DNA of 64,000 bases from an uncultured Heliomicrobium sp. GTDB lineage: Bacteria > Acidobacteriota > Blastocatellia > RBC074. The DNA lies in contig CAYYDG010000004.1 of the NCBI GenBank assembly GCA_964470555.1, positions 33,053-97,052 of the forward strand, given 5' to 3'. Positions 20,913 through 30,575 of this stretch are shown here, one piece after another (position 1 is the stretch's first letter; every line of letters begins with the position of its first letter). The notes beneath the pieces are model-generated. The model did no database searches and had not been told where the DNA came from. It was given only the letters and a program-made list of their open reading frames with translations. The position numbers were made by a program, and so were the translations under genes.

Positions 20913-22154
20913 ATGAACAAGAAGCCGGGCGCTTATGCGCGAATGGCCGTTTCGTTGCTCGTTGTGTTGCTGATGTCTTCCACAGTGGTTCAAACTCAAA
21001 CTCCCAGAAATTTCGCCCAGGTGCGGCGCGAATTCAAAACCTTTTACGAACAGGGAATGCGAAAGAACGGAATCGTCGGCAGCAGTTTCATGTTGATTCA
21101 GGACGGTCAGGTCATTGCGCAGGAGTTTTTCGGACTCGCCAATCAGGAAAAACAGCAACCCGTGAACGAAAACACGATTTACCACTGGGCTTCGATCACT
21201 AAGACCTTCACCGGCATTGCCATCATGCAGTTGCGGGATCGCGGATTGCTGAAACTGGATGACCCTATCATCAAATATGTGCCCGAATTGAAAGCCGTAC
21301 ACAATCCGTTTGGCCAGATGAGCGACATCACGATCAAACATCTGATGACGCATTCTGCCGGATTTCGCGCAGCGACCTGGCCCTGGGGAGGCGACAAAGC
21401 CTGGCAACCGCACGAGCCTGCGGAATGGTCGCAGTTGGTGGCAATGATGCCGTACACCGAAATCCTGTTTAAGCCGGGCAGCAAATTCAGCTACTCGAAT
21501 CCGGGAATCATCTTTCTGGGTCGCGTGATTGAACAATTGTCCGGCGACAATTACGAAGTGTACGTGGATAAAAACATCTTCAAGCCGTTGGAGATGTACC
21601 GCAGCTATTTCGACACAACGCCGCAACATTTGCTCAAAAATCGTTCGGCCAGTTATTGGTTGAAGGAAGGCAAGCTTTCACCGGCGCGGTTTGACGTGGA
21701 CACTGGCGTCACCGTTTCCAACGGCGGCTTGAACGCTCCGTTGCCGGATATGGTCAAGTACATTGGCTTTTTGTCAGGCGACGTCAGGCGTCAGGCGATT
21801 TACGATCAGGTGCTGAAACGCAGTTCGCTGGAAGAAATGTTCCAGCCACAAATTGCCGTCCCCCAGACTGAAGTGATCGAACCATCAGGGCAGAACCGTA
21901 AGGATTCGATGGGACTGACGTTTTTCATCGAAGACAATTTCAACCAGCATTTCATCGGTCACAGCGGTTCGCAAAACGGATTTATCTCTCACTTTTATCT
22001 GCGACCGGACACGCGAATGGCCTACATCGTCGCCTTCAACACGCACGCGACGGCGACTGAAAAAGACCAGAATCAGGATACGCGCCGTCTGGACAGGGAA
22101 ATCAAAGATTACGTGTTCCAAAACATCTTTCCGCTGTTCGTCAAAAAAACATAG
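20913..22154 (+). CDS. Serine hydrolase, beta-lactamase/transpeptidase-like family (class C/esterase-like), secreted
   Basis: Signal peptide and an SxxK active-site motif (ASITK); YSN-like motif FSYSNPG. Confidence 0.85.
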   Translation: MNKKPGAYARMAVSLLVVLLMSSTVVQTQTPRNFAQVRREFKTFYEQGMRKNGIVGSSFMLIQDGQVIAQEFFGLANQEKQQPVNENTIYHWASITKTFTGIAIMQLRDRGLLKLDDPIIKYVPELKAVHNPFGQMSDITIKHLMTHSAGFRAATWPWGGDKAWQPHEPAEWSQLVAMMPYTEILFKPGSKFSYSNPGIIFLGRVIEQLSGDNYEVYVDKNIFKPLEMYRSYFDTTPQHLLKNRSASYWLKEGKLSPARFDVDTGVTVSNGGLNAPLPDMVKYIGFLSGDVRRQAIYDQVLKRSSLEEMFQPQIAVPQTEVIEPSGQNRKDSMGLTFFIEDNFNQHFIGHSGSQNGFISHFYLRPDTRMAYIVAFNTHATATEKDQNQDTRRLDREIKDYVFQNIFPLFVKKT

Positions 22155-22157
22155 CCC

Positions 22158-22186
22158 TCAAGGTCTGATGAGCTTGAGGGCGAGCA
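22158..22186 (+). terminator. Putative terminator hairpin after beta-lactamase-like gene
   Basis: GCCCTCAAG gtctgatga CTTGAGGGC 9-bp stem; weak U-tract. Confidence 0.3.
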
Positions 22187-22317
22187 GCAATTCTTCATAA
22201 CAATCGTGCCGGTTGGCGATTCTCACTTTTACTGCGCCAATTCGGCATTGATGTTTGGCGTCAACTTGTAACCGTTCACTCGCCGCACACAGCGGTTATT
22301 ACAGCGAGGTGTCCCCA

Positions 22318-24162
22318 ATGAACTCTTCACCAAATAACGTTAACGGAACTTCCACTAACGGCTCTCATACAGAACAAGCAACAACAGCGCCCGCAGATGG
22401 AGGCAAATTGATTGTCCTGACCGCGCCATTAACGGAAACCATTGACCACGCCGGATACTTCATTCAGATGGGAATGGCTTCGATGCCGATCTGGATGGAA
22501 GGCGTGATGAACAGCAAATACCCGAACTGGCGTAAAGTCGAATACAACGACGACGGTTCGGCGCGGTATATGCCCGCCGGAGTCCGCCTGGTCGAAGCCG
22601 CTCTGCTCCGCGAATACAAACCCGAAGACATTGCCTGTTGTTACCCGGACGACCTGGAAAAATTCGTCGGCCCGAACACGCGCGTCATCGCCGTTTCCAC
22701 GCACAACCCGCTGGGCGTGACCTTTGCGGCGGGCGTTTACACTTCTATTTTCGGCACGTCCAAGATGCCGATCAATTCGCATTACGCGAGATTGATGTTT
22801 GAAAAAATCAAAACTTCGCCGTATCGCCAGAACTTCAAAGTGCTGGTCGGAGGTTCCGGCGGCTGGCAGATCACGCAAAACCAGATGTTTGACGAACTCG
22901 GCGTGGATTGCGTCGTCGAAGGCCGCGCTGAATCCGAAGACACCATGGCGCTGTTTCGCAAAGCCATTGCTGGCGAAGAAGTGCCGCGCGAAATGGAAGT
23001 CGCTCACCCCAAAGACCGCGACGCCTTTCTGGTTCCCAACAAACGTACGACGTTCGGCGTCGTCGAAATGACCACCGGTTGTGGACGCCGTTGTCAGTTT
23101 TGCGTGCCCGATCTGAACCCGCAAATTGACATGCCCAAAGACAACATCATGACCGCAGTTCATGCCAACGTCGTTGGCGGCAACAAGCAAATTAGCCTGG
23201 CCACCGAAGACATGTTCATCTGGGGACAGGTTCACACAGATACGCCGTTTTACTTTCCCAACCGCGAAGCCTTGCTCGATTTGTATTCATCGGTCGTCAA
23301 CACGCCGGGCGTCGAACAACACGTGCTGAGCCATTGCACCATGGCTCCGGCGGTGGTTGACCCGGTGTTGATTCAAAAGCTGTCGGAACTGCTGCTGGAT
23401 AAAAGCCCGCTGCATTTGCCTACGCTCAGCTCGCATCCGAAAAAGAAAATCCTGGCTCCATTGATTGGCCTGGAAACCGGTTCGGTTCGTCTGGGCAAAA
23501 AAATCATGCCCAGCAAAGGCGTTCCGTTCCCGATTGACGAATGGCCGAGCGTTATTTTGGAAGGTTTGCGCGTGTTGAACCAAAACAACTGGTTTCCGGT
23601 CATGACGCTGATTGTCGGCGCTCCTGAAGAACAGGACGAAGACGTGATGGCGACGCTCGATCTGGTTTACGAAATGGAACGACGCGGTTTGTTTGCGTTC
23701 CTGGTTCCTTCGATCTTCACGCCACTGCACGACACGCGCATGCAAGACAAACAAGGCGTCGAAGAAACGAACAAGCTGTCTCCGCTGCAATGGCAATTGC
23801 TGATGAAGTGCTGGAAGTTCAATCTGCGTCACGGGCTGTACAGTTGGTGGGGGCCGATTGCCTGGCGCACCGGAGCCATGGCGTTGTGGGCGTGGAAGCT
23901 TCGAAAAATCAACGGCCCGAACTTCACCTGGCCGCTGTTCAATTTCGCAGGCGCGCTGCCCGAAAGCTTGATGGCCAAGATGGGCAAGATTTATCCCGGC
24001 AAACCGCTGAAAACCAAATCGCGCAAGGAACTGCTGGAAACCATTCGCCCGAATCAGCAACAGTATTTGCGCGAAGATTGCGGCGATTTGCCCGAAGGCT
24101 GGAAAGCCGCCAAACCGCTGAGCGTGTTGAAAGCCGAAGTGTTATCCACCGCAGCCGATTAA
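22318..24162 (+). CDS. B12-binding domain / radical SAM protein (class B rSAM)
   Basis: N-terminal cobalamin-binding-like region. CxxxCxxC motif TTGCGRRCQFCVP. ATG at 22318 with a GAGGTG SD; the ORF-track start 22255 is probably an extension. Confidence 0.8.
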   Translation: MNSSPNNVNGTSTNGSHTEQATTAPADGGKLIVLTAPLTETIDHAGYFIQMGMASMPIWMEGVMNSKYPNWRKVEYNDDGSARYMPAGVRLVEAALLREYKPEDIACCYPDDLEKFVGPNTRVIAVSTHNPLGVTFAAGVYTSIFGTSKMPINSHYARLMFEKIKTSPYRQNFKVLVGGSGGWQITQNQMFDELGVDCVVEGRAESEDTMALFRKAIAGEEVPREMEVAHPKDRDAFLVPNKRTTFGVVEMTTGCGRRCQFCVPDLNPQIDMPKDNIMTAVHANVVGGNKQISLATEDMFIWGQVHTDTPFYFPNREALLDLYSSVVNTPGVEQHVLSHCTMAPAVVDPVLIQKLSELLLDKSPLHLPTLSSHPKKKILAPLIGLETGSVRLGKKIMPSKGVPFPIDEWPSVILEGLRVLNQNNWFPVMTLIVGAPEEQDEDVMATLDLVYEMERRGLFAFLVPSIFTPLHDTRMQDKQGVEETNKLSPLQWQLLMKCWKFNLRHGLYSWWGPIAWRTGAMALWAWKLRKINGPNFTWPLFNFAGALPESLMAKMGKIYPGKPLKTKSRKELLETIRPNQQQYLREDCGDLPEGWKAAKPLSVLKAEVLSTAAD

Positions 24163-24177
24163 CGATTTGGCGACGGT

Positions 24178-24648
24178 ATGAAGTACCAATTCACCGCGAC
24201 AATTTACAAATTCAGCAGCAATCCCAGTTTCTGTTGCGTGGATGTGCCCGACGAAGTCAGCGCCAAGTGGGGCAGGCGAGTGATGATTCCGGTGGCGGGA
24301 ACGGTCAACGGTCACGAATGGCGTGGCACGTTGTTACCCAATGGCAACGACGGTCATCGGATGGTGCTCAATGGGCAAATCCGCAAACGGGCGCGGATTG
24401 GTTTGGGCAACAGCGTTGAAATCAGTTTGCATCGGGATGAAGTTTCGCGCGATGCCGTCATGCCGCCTGAGCTGGAAGAAGCCTTGCGCGAAAATGAATT
24501 GCTCGATGTTTTCAACGCAATGTCACTGGCCAAACGGAACGCCGCATTAAAGTGGCTGGAAAGCGCCAAGACCACTGCCACGTGGGAACGGCGCGTGGAA
24601 TCGTTGGTCATGAACCTGCTGCACAACAATCTGAAAGGTATCTGGTGA
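24178..24648 (+). CDS. DUF1905/YdeI-like domain protein
   Basis: 156 aa; N-terminal DUF1905-like beta domain and a C-terminal helical YdeI/OmpD-associated-like region (SLAKRNAALKWLESAKT). Confidence 0.5.
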   Translation: MKYQFTATIYKFSSNPSFCCVDVPDEVSAKWGRRVMIPVAGTVNGHEWRGTLLPNGNDGHRMVLNGQIRKRARIGLGNSVEISLHRDEVSRDAVMPPELEEALRENELLDVFNAMSLAKRNAALKWLESAKTTATWERRVESLVMNLLHNNLKGIW

Positions 24649-24673
24649 GCGAAAGAAGCCAGCAACTGTTTGG

Positions 24674-25693
24674 ATGACGGAAGCTGGCGCTCTTTTGCTG
24701 GAGAAAGTCTTGATTTCCACCAAAGACGTTTCGCTGGAAAACATTCGCGCCGCGCGCGACATCGTGTATCGCACCTTGAACCCTACGCCGACAATGGCGT
24801 ATCCGCTGCTGGATGCCGAACTCGGCGCGCGCGTGTGGTTGAAGCATGAAAATCATCTGCCGACCGGAGCCTTCAAAGTTCGCGGCGGATTGAATTTCAT
24901 GCATCACTTTGCGTCGGAAGGAACTCACAACGGCGTCATCACCGCTACGCGAGGCAATCACGGACAATCTGTAGCGCTGGCGGCGCAACTGCATTCCATT
25001 CCGGCAACCATCGTCGTTCCTTTTGGAAACAACCCGGAAAAGAACCAAGCGATGAAAGCTTATGGCGCTCGGTTGGTGGAATACGGCCGCGATTTTGACG
25101 AAGCCCGCGTGGAAGTCGCCCGATTGGCCGAAGCCGAAAATTTGCGCTTCATTCATTCGGCCAACGAACCGCACCTCATCAATGGCGTAGGCACGTATGC
25201 GATGGAAATCATCGAGACGTTGCAGGAGCGTGGCCAACAAGCCGACGCCGTGTTCGTTCCCATCGGCATGGGCAGTGGATTGTGCGGCGTGATTACTGCG
25301 TTTCGCGCTTTGTCGCCGCAAACAAAAATTTTCGGTGTCCAGGCCGAAACTGCGCCGAGTTATTACCTGTCGTGGAAAGCGGGCAAAGTCATCAATACAG
25401 AAACTGCCGACACTTTTGCCGATGGCGTGGCAACGCGGCAGCCTTCGGATTTCACACTGGAAATCATCTTGAATGGCGTGGATGAAATCGTGTTGGTCAG
25501 CGACGACGAAATCCGCGATGCGATTCGATTGCTGTGGCGCACGACTCACAATCTGGTCGAAGGCGCGGGCGCAGCGGCTACGGCGGCGACGATCAAGTTG
25601 CGCGAGCAATTGGCGGGAAAGACCGTCGTCAACGTCATCAGCGGCGGCAATCTGGATTCCGCGACCGTCGCACAGATTTTCAATCAGCAGTAA
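24674..25693 (+). CDS. PLP-dependent threonine/serine dehydratase-like enzyme (tryptophan-synthase-beta fold)
   Basis: Lysine-PLP motif (PTGAFKVRGGLN) and a glycine-rich PLP phosphate loop (GMGSGLCGV). Threonine ammonia-lyase catalytic domain only, ~339 aa. Confidence 0.8.
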   Translation: MTEAGALLLEKVLISTKDVSLENIRAARDIVYRTLNPTPTMAYPLLDAELGARVWLKHENHLPTGAFKVRGGLNFMHHFASEGTHNGVITATRGNHGQSVALAAQLHSIPATIVVPFGNNPEKNQAMKAYGARLVEYGRDFDEARVEVARLAEAENLRFIHSANEPHLINGVGTYAMEIIETLQERGQQADAVFVPIGMGSGLCGVITAFRALSPQTKIFGVQAETAPSYYLSWKAGKVINTETADTFADGVATRQPSDFTLEIILNGVDEIVLVSDDEIRDAIRLLWRTTHNLVEGAGAAATAATIKLREQLAGKTVVNVISGGNLDSATVAQIFNQQ

Positions 25694-25887
25694 CTTCACG
25701 AACCAATCCGGCTGCTCACAAAAGCGGCAAGAACAGATAACGGAACAAGCGGAAATAACGGAATGAACGGAAATTTTGCTTTTCCGTTTTCTTCAGTGAA
25801 TTCCGTTTGTTCTGTCCTTTCTTCCTCGTTACCGCAATCGGAGCAGTAACCAACAACTGCAACTCCTTCACGAAAAGCTACAACACA

Positions 25888-26751
25888 ATGACCATCAAAA
25901 CTCTCCTCTTACTGGCGCTGATTGGGTTCACGGTGTTTTTCGTCGTCACGCTGGCATCGGCAATCAAAAAAGCGCGCGACGGCGGCTCCACTCCTTCGTT
26001 ATTGGGAACGGCCATCGGCTTTGTCACGAATTTCTTCGACACGTTGGGCATCGGATCGTTTGCGCCGACGACGGCGATTTTCAAGCTGAAAAAACTGGTT
26101 CCAGACGAACTGATTCCCGGCACGTTGAACGTAGGCCACACGCTGCCGACGATCACGCAGGCGTTGATTTTCATCACCATCGTCGAAGTCGAGCCAATCA
26201 CGTTGTCGCTGTTGATTCTGGCGGCAGTGCTGGGCACTTGGTTGGGCGCAGGTGTAGTTTCCAAATGGCCGCGCCGCAACATTCAAATCGGGATGGGAAT
26301 TGCGTTGCTGGTCGCGGCGGCACTGACCTTGCAAGCGATCTATGACCAAAAAGTCGCAGGGGGAACCGCGTTGCAATTGACAGGCGTCAAGCTGGCTCTT
26401 GGTTTTGCCGGCAATTTTGCGCTCGGAGCATTGATGTCTTTAGGGATCGGTCTTTATGGCCCTTGTTTGATTTTGATAAGCCTGCTGGGAATGGACCCGA
26501 AAGCTGCCTTTCCGATCATGATGGGATCGTGCGCCTTCCTGATGCCGGTGGGCAGCGCACGCTTTGTGCGTGAAGGAAGTTTTCAATTGCGTTCGGCTCT
26601 GGGATTGGCGCTTGGTGGAATTCCAGCCGTGTTGCTGGCGGTTTATATCGTCAAATCAATGCCGCTCAAATATGTGCGGTGGCTGGTCGTAATTGTCGTC
26701 GTGTACACAGCGGTGATGATGTTGCGTTCGGCTTTTACGGAAAAGAAATGA
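25888..26751 (+). CDS. TauE/SafE (DUF81) family membrane transporter
   Basis: Polytopic protein with internal duplication typical of sulfite-exporter TauE/SafE. Start set at MTIKTLLLLAL. Stop overlaps the next gene (ATGA). Confidence 0.7.
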   Translation: MTIKTLLLLALIGFTVFFVVTLASAIKKARDGGSTPSLLGTAIGFVTNFFDTLGIGSFAPTTAIFKLKKLVPDELIPGTLNVGHTLPTITQALIFITIVEVEPITLSLLILAAVLGTWLGAGVVSKWPRRNIQIGMGIALLVAAALTLQAIYDQKVAGGTALQLTGVKLALGFAGNFALGALMSLGIGLYGPCLILISLLGMDPKAAFPIMMGSCAFLMPVGSARFVREGSFQLRSALGLALGGIPAVLLAVYIVKSMPLKYVRWLVVIVVVYTAVMMLRSAFTEKK

Positions 26752-28013
26752 AGCTCAACCTTACCGAAGAAGATCGCGCGCAGCTTGCGGGCGAACGCGG
26801 CGAAGCCAATCGGCTGGCGATGTCGGTCATCGTTCGCATGGCGCAGGTCAGCGGAGCCGATTCGCTACTCGACATTGTCGGCGCGCACATTGACAGCACC
26901 GTCTTTCAAGGTGACGCGACGATGGAATTCGCTGAACGATTGGCTGCGCACGGAGCCAAAGTCGCTGTTCCGAGTTCGCTAAACGTCAGCGGCGTGGATG
27001 AGCACGGCTGGCGCGAATGGGCTACGCCGCCCGAATGGGCGCAAAAAGCGCATCGGCAAATGATCGCTTACCAAAGCATGGGCACCGAACCGACTTGGAC
27101 ATGCGCGCCGTATCAAACTGCGTTTCGCCCGAAGTTCGGCCAGCAAATCGCGTGGGGAGAATCGAACGCGATTGCCTTTGCCAACTCGGTCATTGGCGCT
27201 CGGTCGGAGCGCTACCCCGATTTGATGGATGTGTGCGCCGCCATCACAGGCCGAGTTCCCGCGACGGGCTTGCACCTGACCGAAAACCGCGCCGGGCAGG
27301 TGTTGTTTCGATTGGTTGGTGTGCCGCGAAAAATTCAGGAAGACGATTCGTTTTACCCAGTGCTCGGTCATTTGATTGGCCGCATCGCCCAGGAACGAAT
27401 CCCCGTTGTCGAAGGTTTGAAAGTCACTCCTGCCGAAGATCAATTGAAAGCCTTGTGCGCGGCGGTCGCTTCATCCGGCGCAGTCGCGTTGATGCATCTG
27501 GTCGGCATCACGCCCGAAGCCGCGACAACCGAAGCGGCCTTTCAAAACAAAACGCCTCAACAAATCATCACGGTGACAATGGAACAGTTGCGCGCGGCTC
27601 GACGCGAATTGACAACTGCCGACGGAGAAAAGCTGGATATGGTGGTGCTGGGCAGTCCGCATTTTTCGCTGGCGGAATTCAAACAGCTTGCGCCGCTGCT
27701 GATTGGCAAACGCCGCAATCCAGACGTTCAGTTTCTGGTCACATCCAGCCGGTTGATGTGCAATTTGGCCGAGCAAGCCGGCTACATCGAACCGCTGAAA
27801 GAATTCGGCGGCAAGCTGACCGTGGACACCTGCATTTTGACGACGCCGATGCTGCACCCGGAAATCAAAACCTTGATGACCAATTCGGCAAAGTACGCCT
27901 ATTACTCGCCGGGATTGCTCGGCACGCAAGTCGTATTTGGCCGCTTGGAAGATTGTGTGCGGTCGGCGGTCGAAGGCCGTGTTGTTCGAGACGAATCGTT
28001 ATGGCAAGAATGA
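26748..28013 (+). CDS. Aconitase X large (catalytic, DUF521) subunit
   Basis: AcnX type II large-subunit blocks (VGAHIDSTVF, WGESNAIAFANSVIGARSERYPD). Start at MKLNLTEED overlapping the TauE stop. Confidence 0.75.
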   Translation: MKLNLTEEDRAQLAGERGEANRLAMSVIVRMAQVSGADSLLDIVGAHIDSTVFQGDATMEFAERLAAHGAKVAVPSSLNVSGVDEHGWREWATPPEWAQKAHRQMIAYQSMGTEPTWTCAPYQTAFRPKFGQQIAWGESNAIAFANSVIGARSERYPDLMDVCAAITGRVPATGLHLTENRAGQVLFRLVGVPRKIQEDDSFYPVLGHLIGRIAQERIPVVEGLKVTPAEDQLKALCAAVASSGAVALMHLVGITPEAATTEAAFQNKTPQQIITVTMEQLRAARRELTTADGEKLDMVVLGSPHFSLAEFKQLAPLLIGKRRNPDVQFLVTSSRLMCNLAEQAGYIEPLKEFGGKLTVDTCILTTPMLHPEIKTLMTNSAKYAYYSPGLLGTQVVFGRLEDCVRSAVEGRVVRDESLWQE

Positions 28014-28426
28014 TCGAAGGCAAAGCCCTGGTTCCGGGCGAGGCGAAAGGCCTGGCGTTGGTCACCAACGAACCGCTGAGCTTTTGGGGCGGATACGATC
28101 AATGGACTGGCGAAATCATTGATCGCCGCCATCCGCTTTCCGGCGAAAACGCCAAAGGCAAAGTGCTGGTCGTTCCGGCTTCGCGCGGATCAAGCACGAC
28201 GACGGCTGTCTTGCTGGAAGCGATTCGCAATGGCAATGCCCCGGTGGCAATTGTTGTCAGTTGCGTGGATCGGTTTTTTGCGCTGGCTTCGATTGTGGCC
28301 GATGAAATGTACGCAAAGCCGATTCCCGTCATCGCACTTTCCGAAAAGGATTTCGCCAGTCTGCAAACCGGCGAACAGATCGAAATTTTCAGCGATGGCT
28401 GGTTGAGCGTTGAAAGCCCGGACTGA
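28001..28426 (+). CDS. Aconitase X small (swivel, DUF126) subunit
   Basis: Begins MARMIEGKALVPGEAKGLALVTNEPLSFWGGYD, with the VLVVPASRGSSTTTAVLLEAIRNGNAPVAIV block. It is the 3' part of the artefactual long ORF 27017..28426. Start overlaps the large-subunit stop. Confidence 0.75.
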   Translation: MARMIEGKALVPGEAKGLALVTNEPLSFWGGYDQWTGEIIDRRHPLSGENAKGKVLVVPASRGSSTTTAVLLEAIRNGNAPVAIVVSCVDRFFALASIVADEMYAKPIPVIALSEKDFASLQTGEQIEIFSDGWLSVESPD

Positions 28427-28427
28427 A

Positions 28428-30014
28428 TCAGGAGTCACTCTTCAGCATCAACGCCAGTGTTTTCAGCAATTTTTCCGCCGTGTAAGGTTTGTTCAGAAAT
28501 GTCGTCACGCCCAGTTGCGCCGCTTCGGCTGTCTTGGCATCGGATTTCAATCCGCTGGTGGCGATGATTTTGATTTTTGGATCGAGCTTGCGAATGGCGC
28601 GGATTGTCGCCGGGCCGTCCATGTACGGCATCAGCATGTCAGTGATGATGCAGCGGATTTCTTCTTTGCGCGAAGCAAAAATAGCCAGCGCTTCCGTGCC
28701 GTCGCTGGCCGTGACCGCACGATACCCAAATGCCTGCAAGGTTTCTTTGGCAATTTCCCGCACTGCCAATTCGTCGTCCACCACCAGAATCAGTTCGCCA
28801 TTGCCGATGGGCAGATCGCGCCGCACGGGTTGAACCTGTTGCGTCTGGCCGGAATCAATCGCCGGAACATAGACCTTGAACTGAGCGCCTTTGCCAAGTT
28901 CGCTGTACACGTTGACGAAACCGCCGTGGCTGCGAAGGATTCCGGCAACGGTCGAAAGCCCAAGCCCTGTGCCTTGTCCCGGTTCTTTGGTCGTGAAAAA
29001 CGGATCGAAGATTTTGATCTGGTTTTTGTCGGGAATGCCTACGCCGGTGTCAATCACGGAAATGCGTATGTATCTGCCGGGACGAGCTTCGACATTCATG
29101 CGAGCGTAATGTTCGTCAATGTCCACGTTTTCGACTTCTATGCGCAATTTGCCGCCGTTGGGCATGGCGTCGCGCGCGTTTACGCACAAATTCATCAACA
29201 CCTGGTGAAGCTGCGTCGCGTCGCCTTTGACGCTCCACAAATTCGTTGCAATGGAAAATGTGATTTCGATGTTTTTGGGCAAGGTGTCGGCCAGGATTTT
29301 GACGATTTCCTTGATCAGATGGGCCGGTTGCAACGTGGCGTATTCGCCTTCGACGCCGCGCGCGAACGACAGCACCTGACGAATCATCTCGCTGCCCCGA
29401 ATGGCGTTGGTGTGCAGTATGTTCAGCAACCGCTGGCTGCTTTCGTCGGTGAAGCGCATTTGCAGCAATTCGACCGCCGTCAAAATCGGCGACAACACAT
29501 TGTTCAAGTCGTGAGCGATGCCGCCCGCCAACGCGCCTATGCTTTCCATACGCTGGGCGCGCAAGAATTGAGATTCCAGCCGTTTTTTCTCAGTCAGGTC
29601 GCGGATGATGACCGTAAATAATTTATGGCCATCGGCTTCGACCTGGGAAATAGTGGCTTCGATTGGAAACTCCTCGCCATTGCCACGTAATCCATAAAGT
29701 GGTTGCAGTCTTCCCATCGAACGTTGGGTCGTTTTGGTTTCGCTGAATGTGTGAACGTGGTTCTGATGCGCGGTACGATATCTTTCCGGGATCAAACGAT
29801 CCAATCCTTTTCCCAGCGCATCGGATGCCGAACGTCGAAACATCTTTTCCGCCGCCGCGTTGAACAACACCACCTGCTGGTTTTCGTCCACGGTGATGAT
29901 TGCGTCCATCGCCGATGCCAGAATGCCCGCCAACATGGCTTCGTTCAGCCGCAGCGAGGCCGCAATCTGCGATCTCGTCTGGGTCTCAATTGCCGAATTG
30001 GAATCGCTCATGGA
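28428..30014 (-). CDS. Hybrid sensor histidine kinase/response regulator (PAS-HisKA-HATPase-REC)
   Basis: H-box [14 protein letters not shown] boxes, and a C-terminal receiver ([16 protein letters not shown]...ITDMLMP). Start at MSDSN... with AGGAAA upstream. Confidence 0.85.
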   Translation of the reverse strand, partial: SMSDSNSAIETQTRSQIAASLRLNEAMLAGILASAMDAIITVDENQQVVLFNAAAEKMFRRSASDALGKGLDRLIPERYRTAHQNHVHTFSETKTTQRSMGRLQPLYGLRGNGEEFPIEATISQVEADGHKLFTVIIRDLTEKKRLESQFLRAQRMESIGALAGGIAHDLNNVLSPILTAVELLQMRFTDESSQRLLNILHTNAIRGSEMIRQVLSFARGVEGEYATLQPAHLIKEIVKILADTLPKNIEITFSIATNLWSVKGDATQLHQVLMNLCVNARDAMPNGGKLRIEVENVDIDEHYARMNVEARPGRYIRISVIDTGVGIPDKNQIKIFDPFFTTKEPGQGTGLGLSTVAGILRSHGGFVNVYSELGKGAQFKVYVPAIDSGQTQQVQPVRRDLPIGNGELILVVDDELAVREIAKETLQAFGYRAVTASDGTEALAIFASRKEEIRCIITDMLMPYMDGPATIRAIRKLDPKIKIIATSGLKSDAKTAEAAQLGVTTFLNKPYTAEKLLKTLALMLKSDS

Positions 30015-30042
30015 GTTTCCTGAATTTGAAGTGTGATTTTCG

Positions 30043-30477
30043 TCAGCCAGTATACCAAAGCCGCAGCCGTCTTTCGTCGCCGCCAAGATCGTGGATGGTG
30101 ACCTGCACCGCGCCCGGAATGCCAAACGTGCCCAACCGCTCCGGCCATTCGATCAGCACGACGGCGTTTGGTTCGTTGAGCATTTCTTCCAATCCAAGCT
30201 CGCGCAATTCGTCAGCACCACCTTCAATGCGGTACAGGTCAAGATGATAAAGCCGCATTCGCCCTTCGTGTTCGTTGACCAGGGTGAACGTCGGGCTGTT
30301 GACCTCCGCCGGATCAATGTCGAGTCCAGCGGCGATACCTTTGGCAAAAACCGTTTTGCCCGCGCCCAAATCGCCTTCGAGCAAAAAGACCGTCGGCTCG
30401 GTGATTGCTTCGCCGATGCTATAGGCCAGTTCAAAGGTTTCTTCGGCAGATTTTGTCAGGAACGTTTTTGTCAGCAT
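30043..30477 (-). CDS. tsaE: tRNA t6A37 threonylcarbamoyladenosine biosynthesis protein TsaE
   Basis: P-loop GDLGAGKT and TsaE C-terminal motifs ([16 protein letters not shown]). The 17-codon F/L-rich N-terminal extension in the ORF track is encoded by an A/T palindrome and was rejected. Confidence 0.8.
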   Translation of the reverse strand: MLTKTFLTKSAEETFELAYSIGEAITEPTVFLLEGDLGAGKTVFAKGIAAGLDIDPAEVNSPTFTLVNEHEGRMRLYHLDLYRIEGGADELRELGLEEMLNEPNAVVLIEWPERLGTFGIPGAVQVTIHDLGGDERRLRLWYTG

Positions 30478-30478
30478 C

Positions 30479-30575
30479 AAAATCAAAAGGCAAAAGGCAA
30501 ATATCAAAAAGCAAAAGTGAAGAAGCAAGTTCCGCCTTTTTGCTTTTACATTTTTGATATTTGCCTTTTGATTTC
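30479..30575. repeat. A/T-rich extended imperfect palindrome (~35-bp arms) at nnr stop / tsaE start
   Basis: Arms AATCAAAAGGCAAA(AGGCAA)ATATCAAAAAGCAAAAG and CTTTTGCTTTTACATTTTTGATATTTGCCTTTTGATT. The right arm encodes the last 10 aa of Nnr. Confidence 0.5.

Noticed and set aside
27017-28000. 5' two-thirds of ORF 27017..28426
   Set aside because: It overlaps the AcnX large-subunit gene out of frame. Only the 3' part from ATG 28001 (AcnX small subunit) is credible.
30478-30528. N-terminal 17-codon extension of tsaE (MLLHFCFLIFAFCLLIL)
   Set aside because: Encoded entirely by the A/T palindrome and has no RBS. The conserved TsaE N-terminus begins at MLTKTF (30477).
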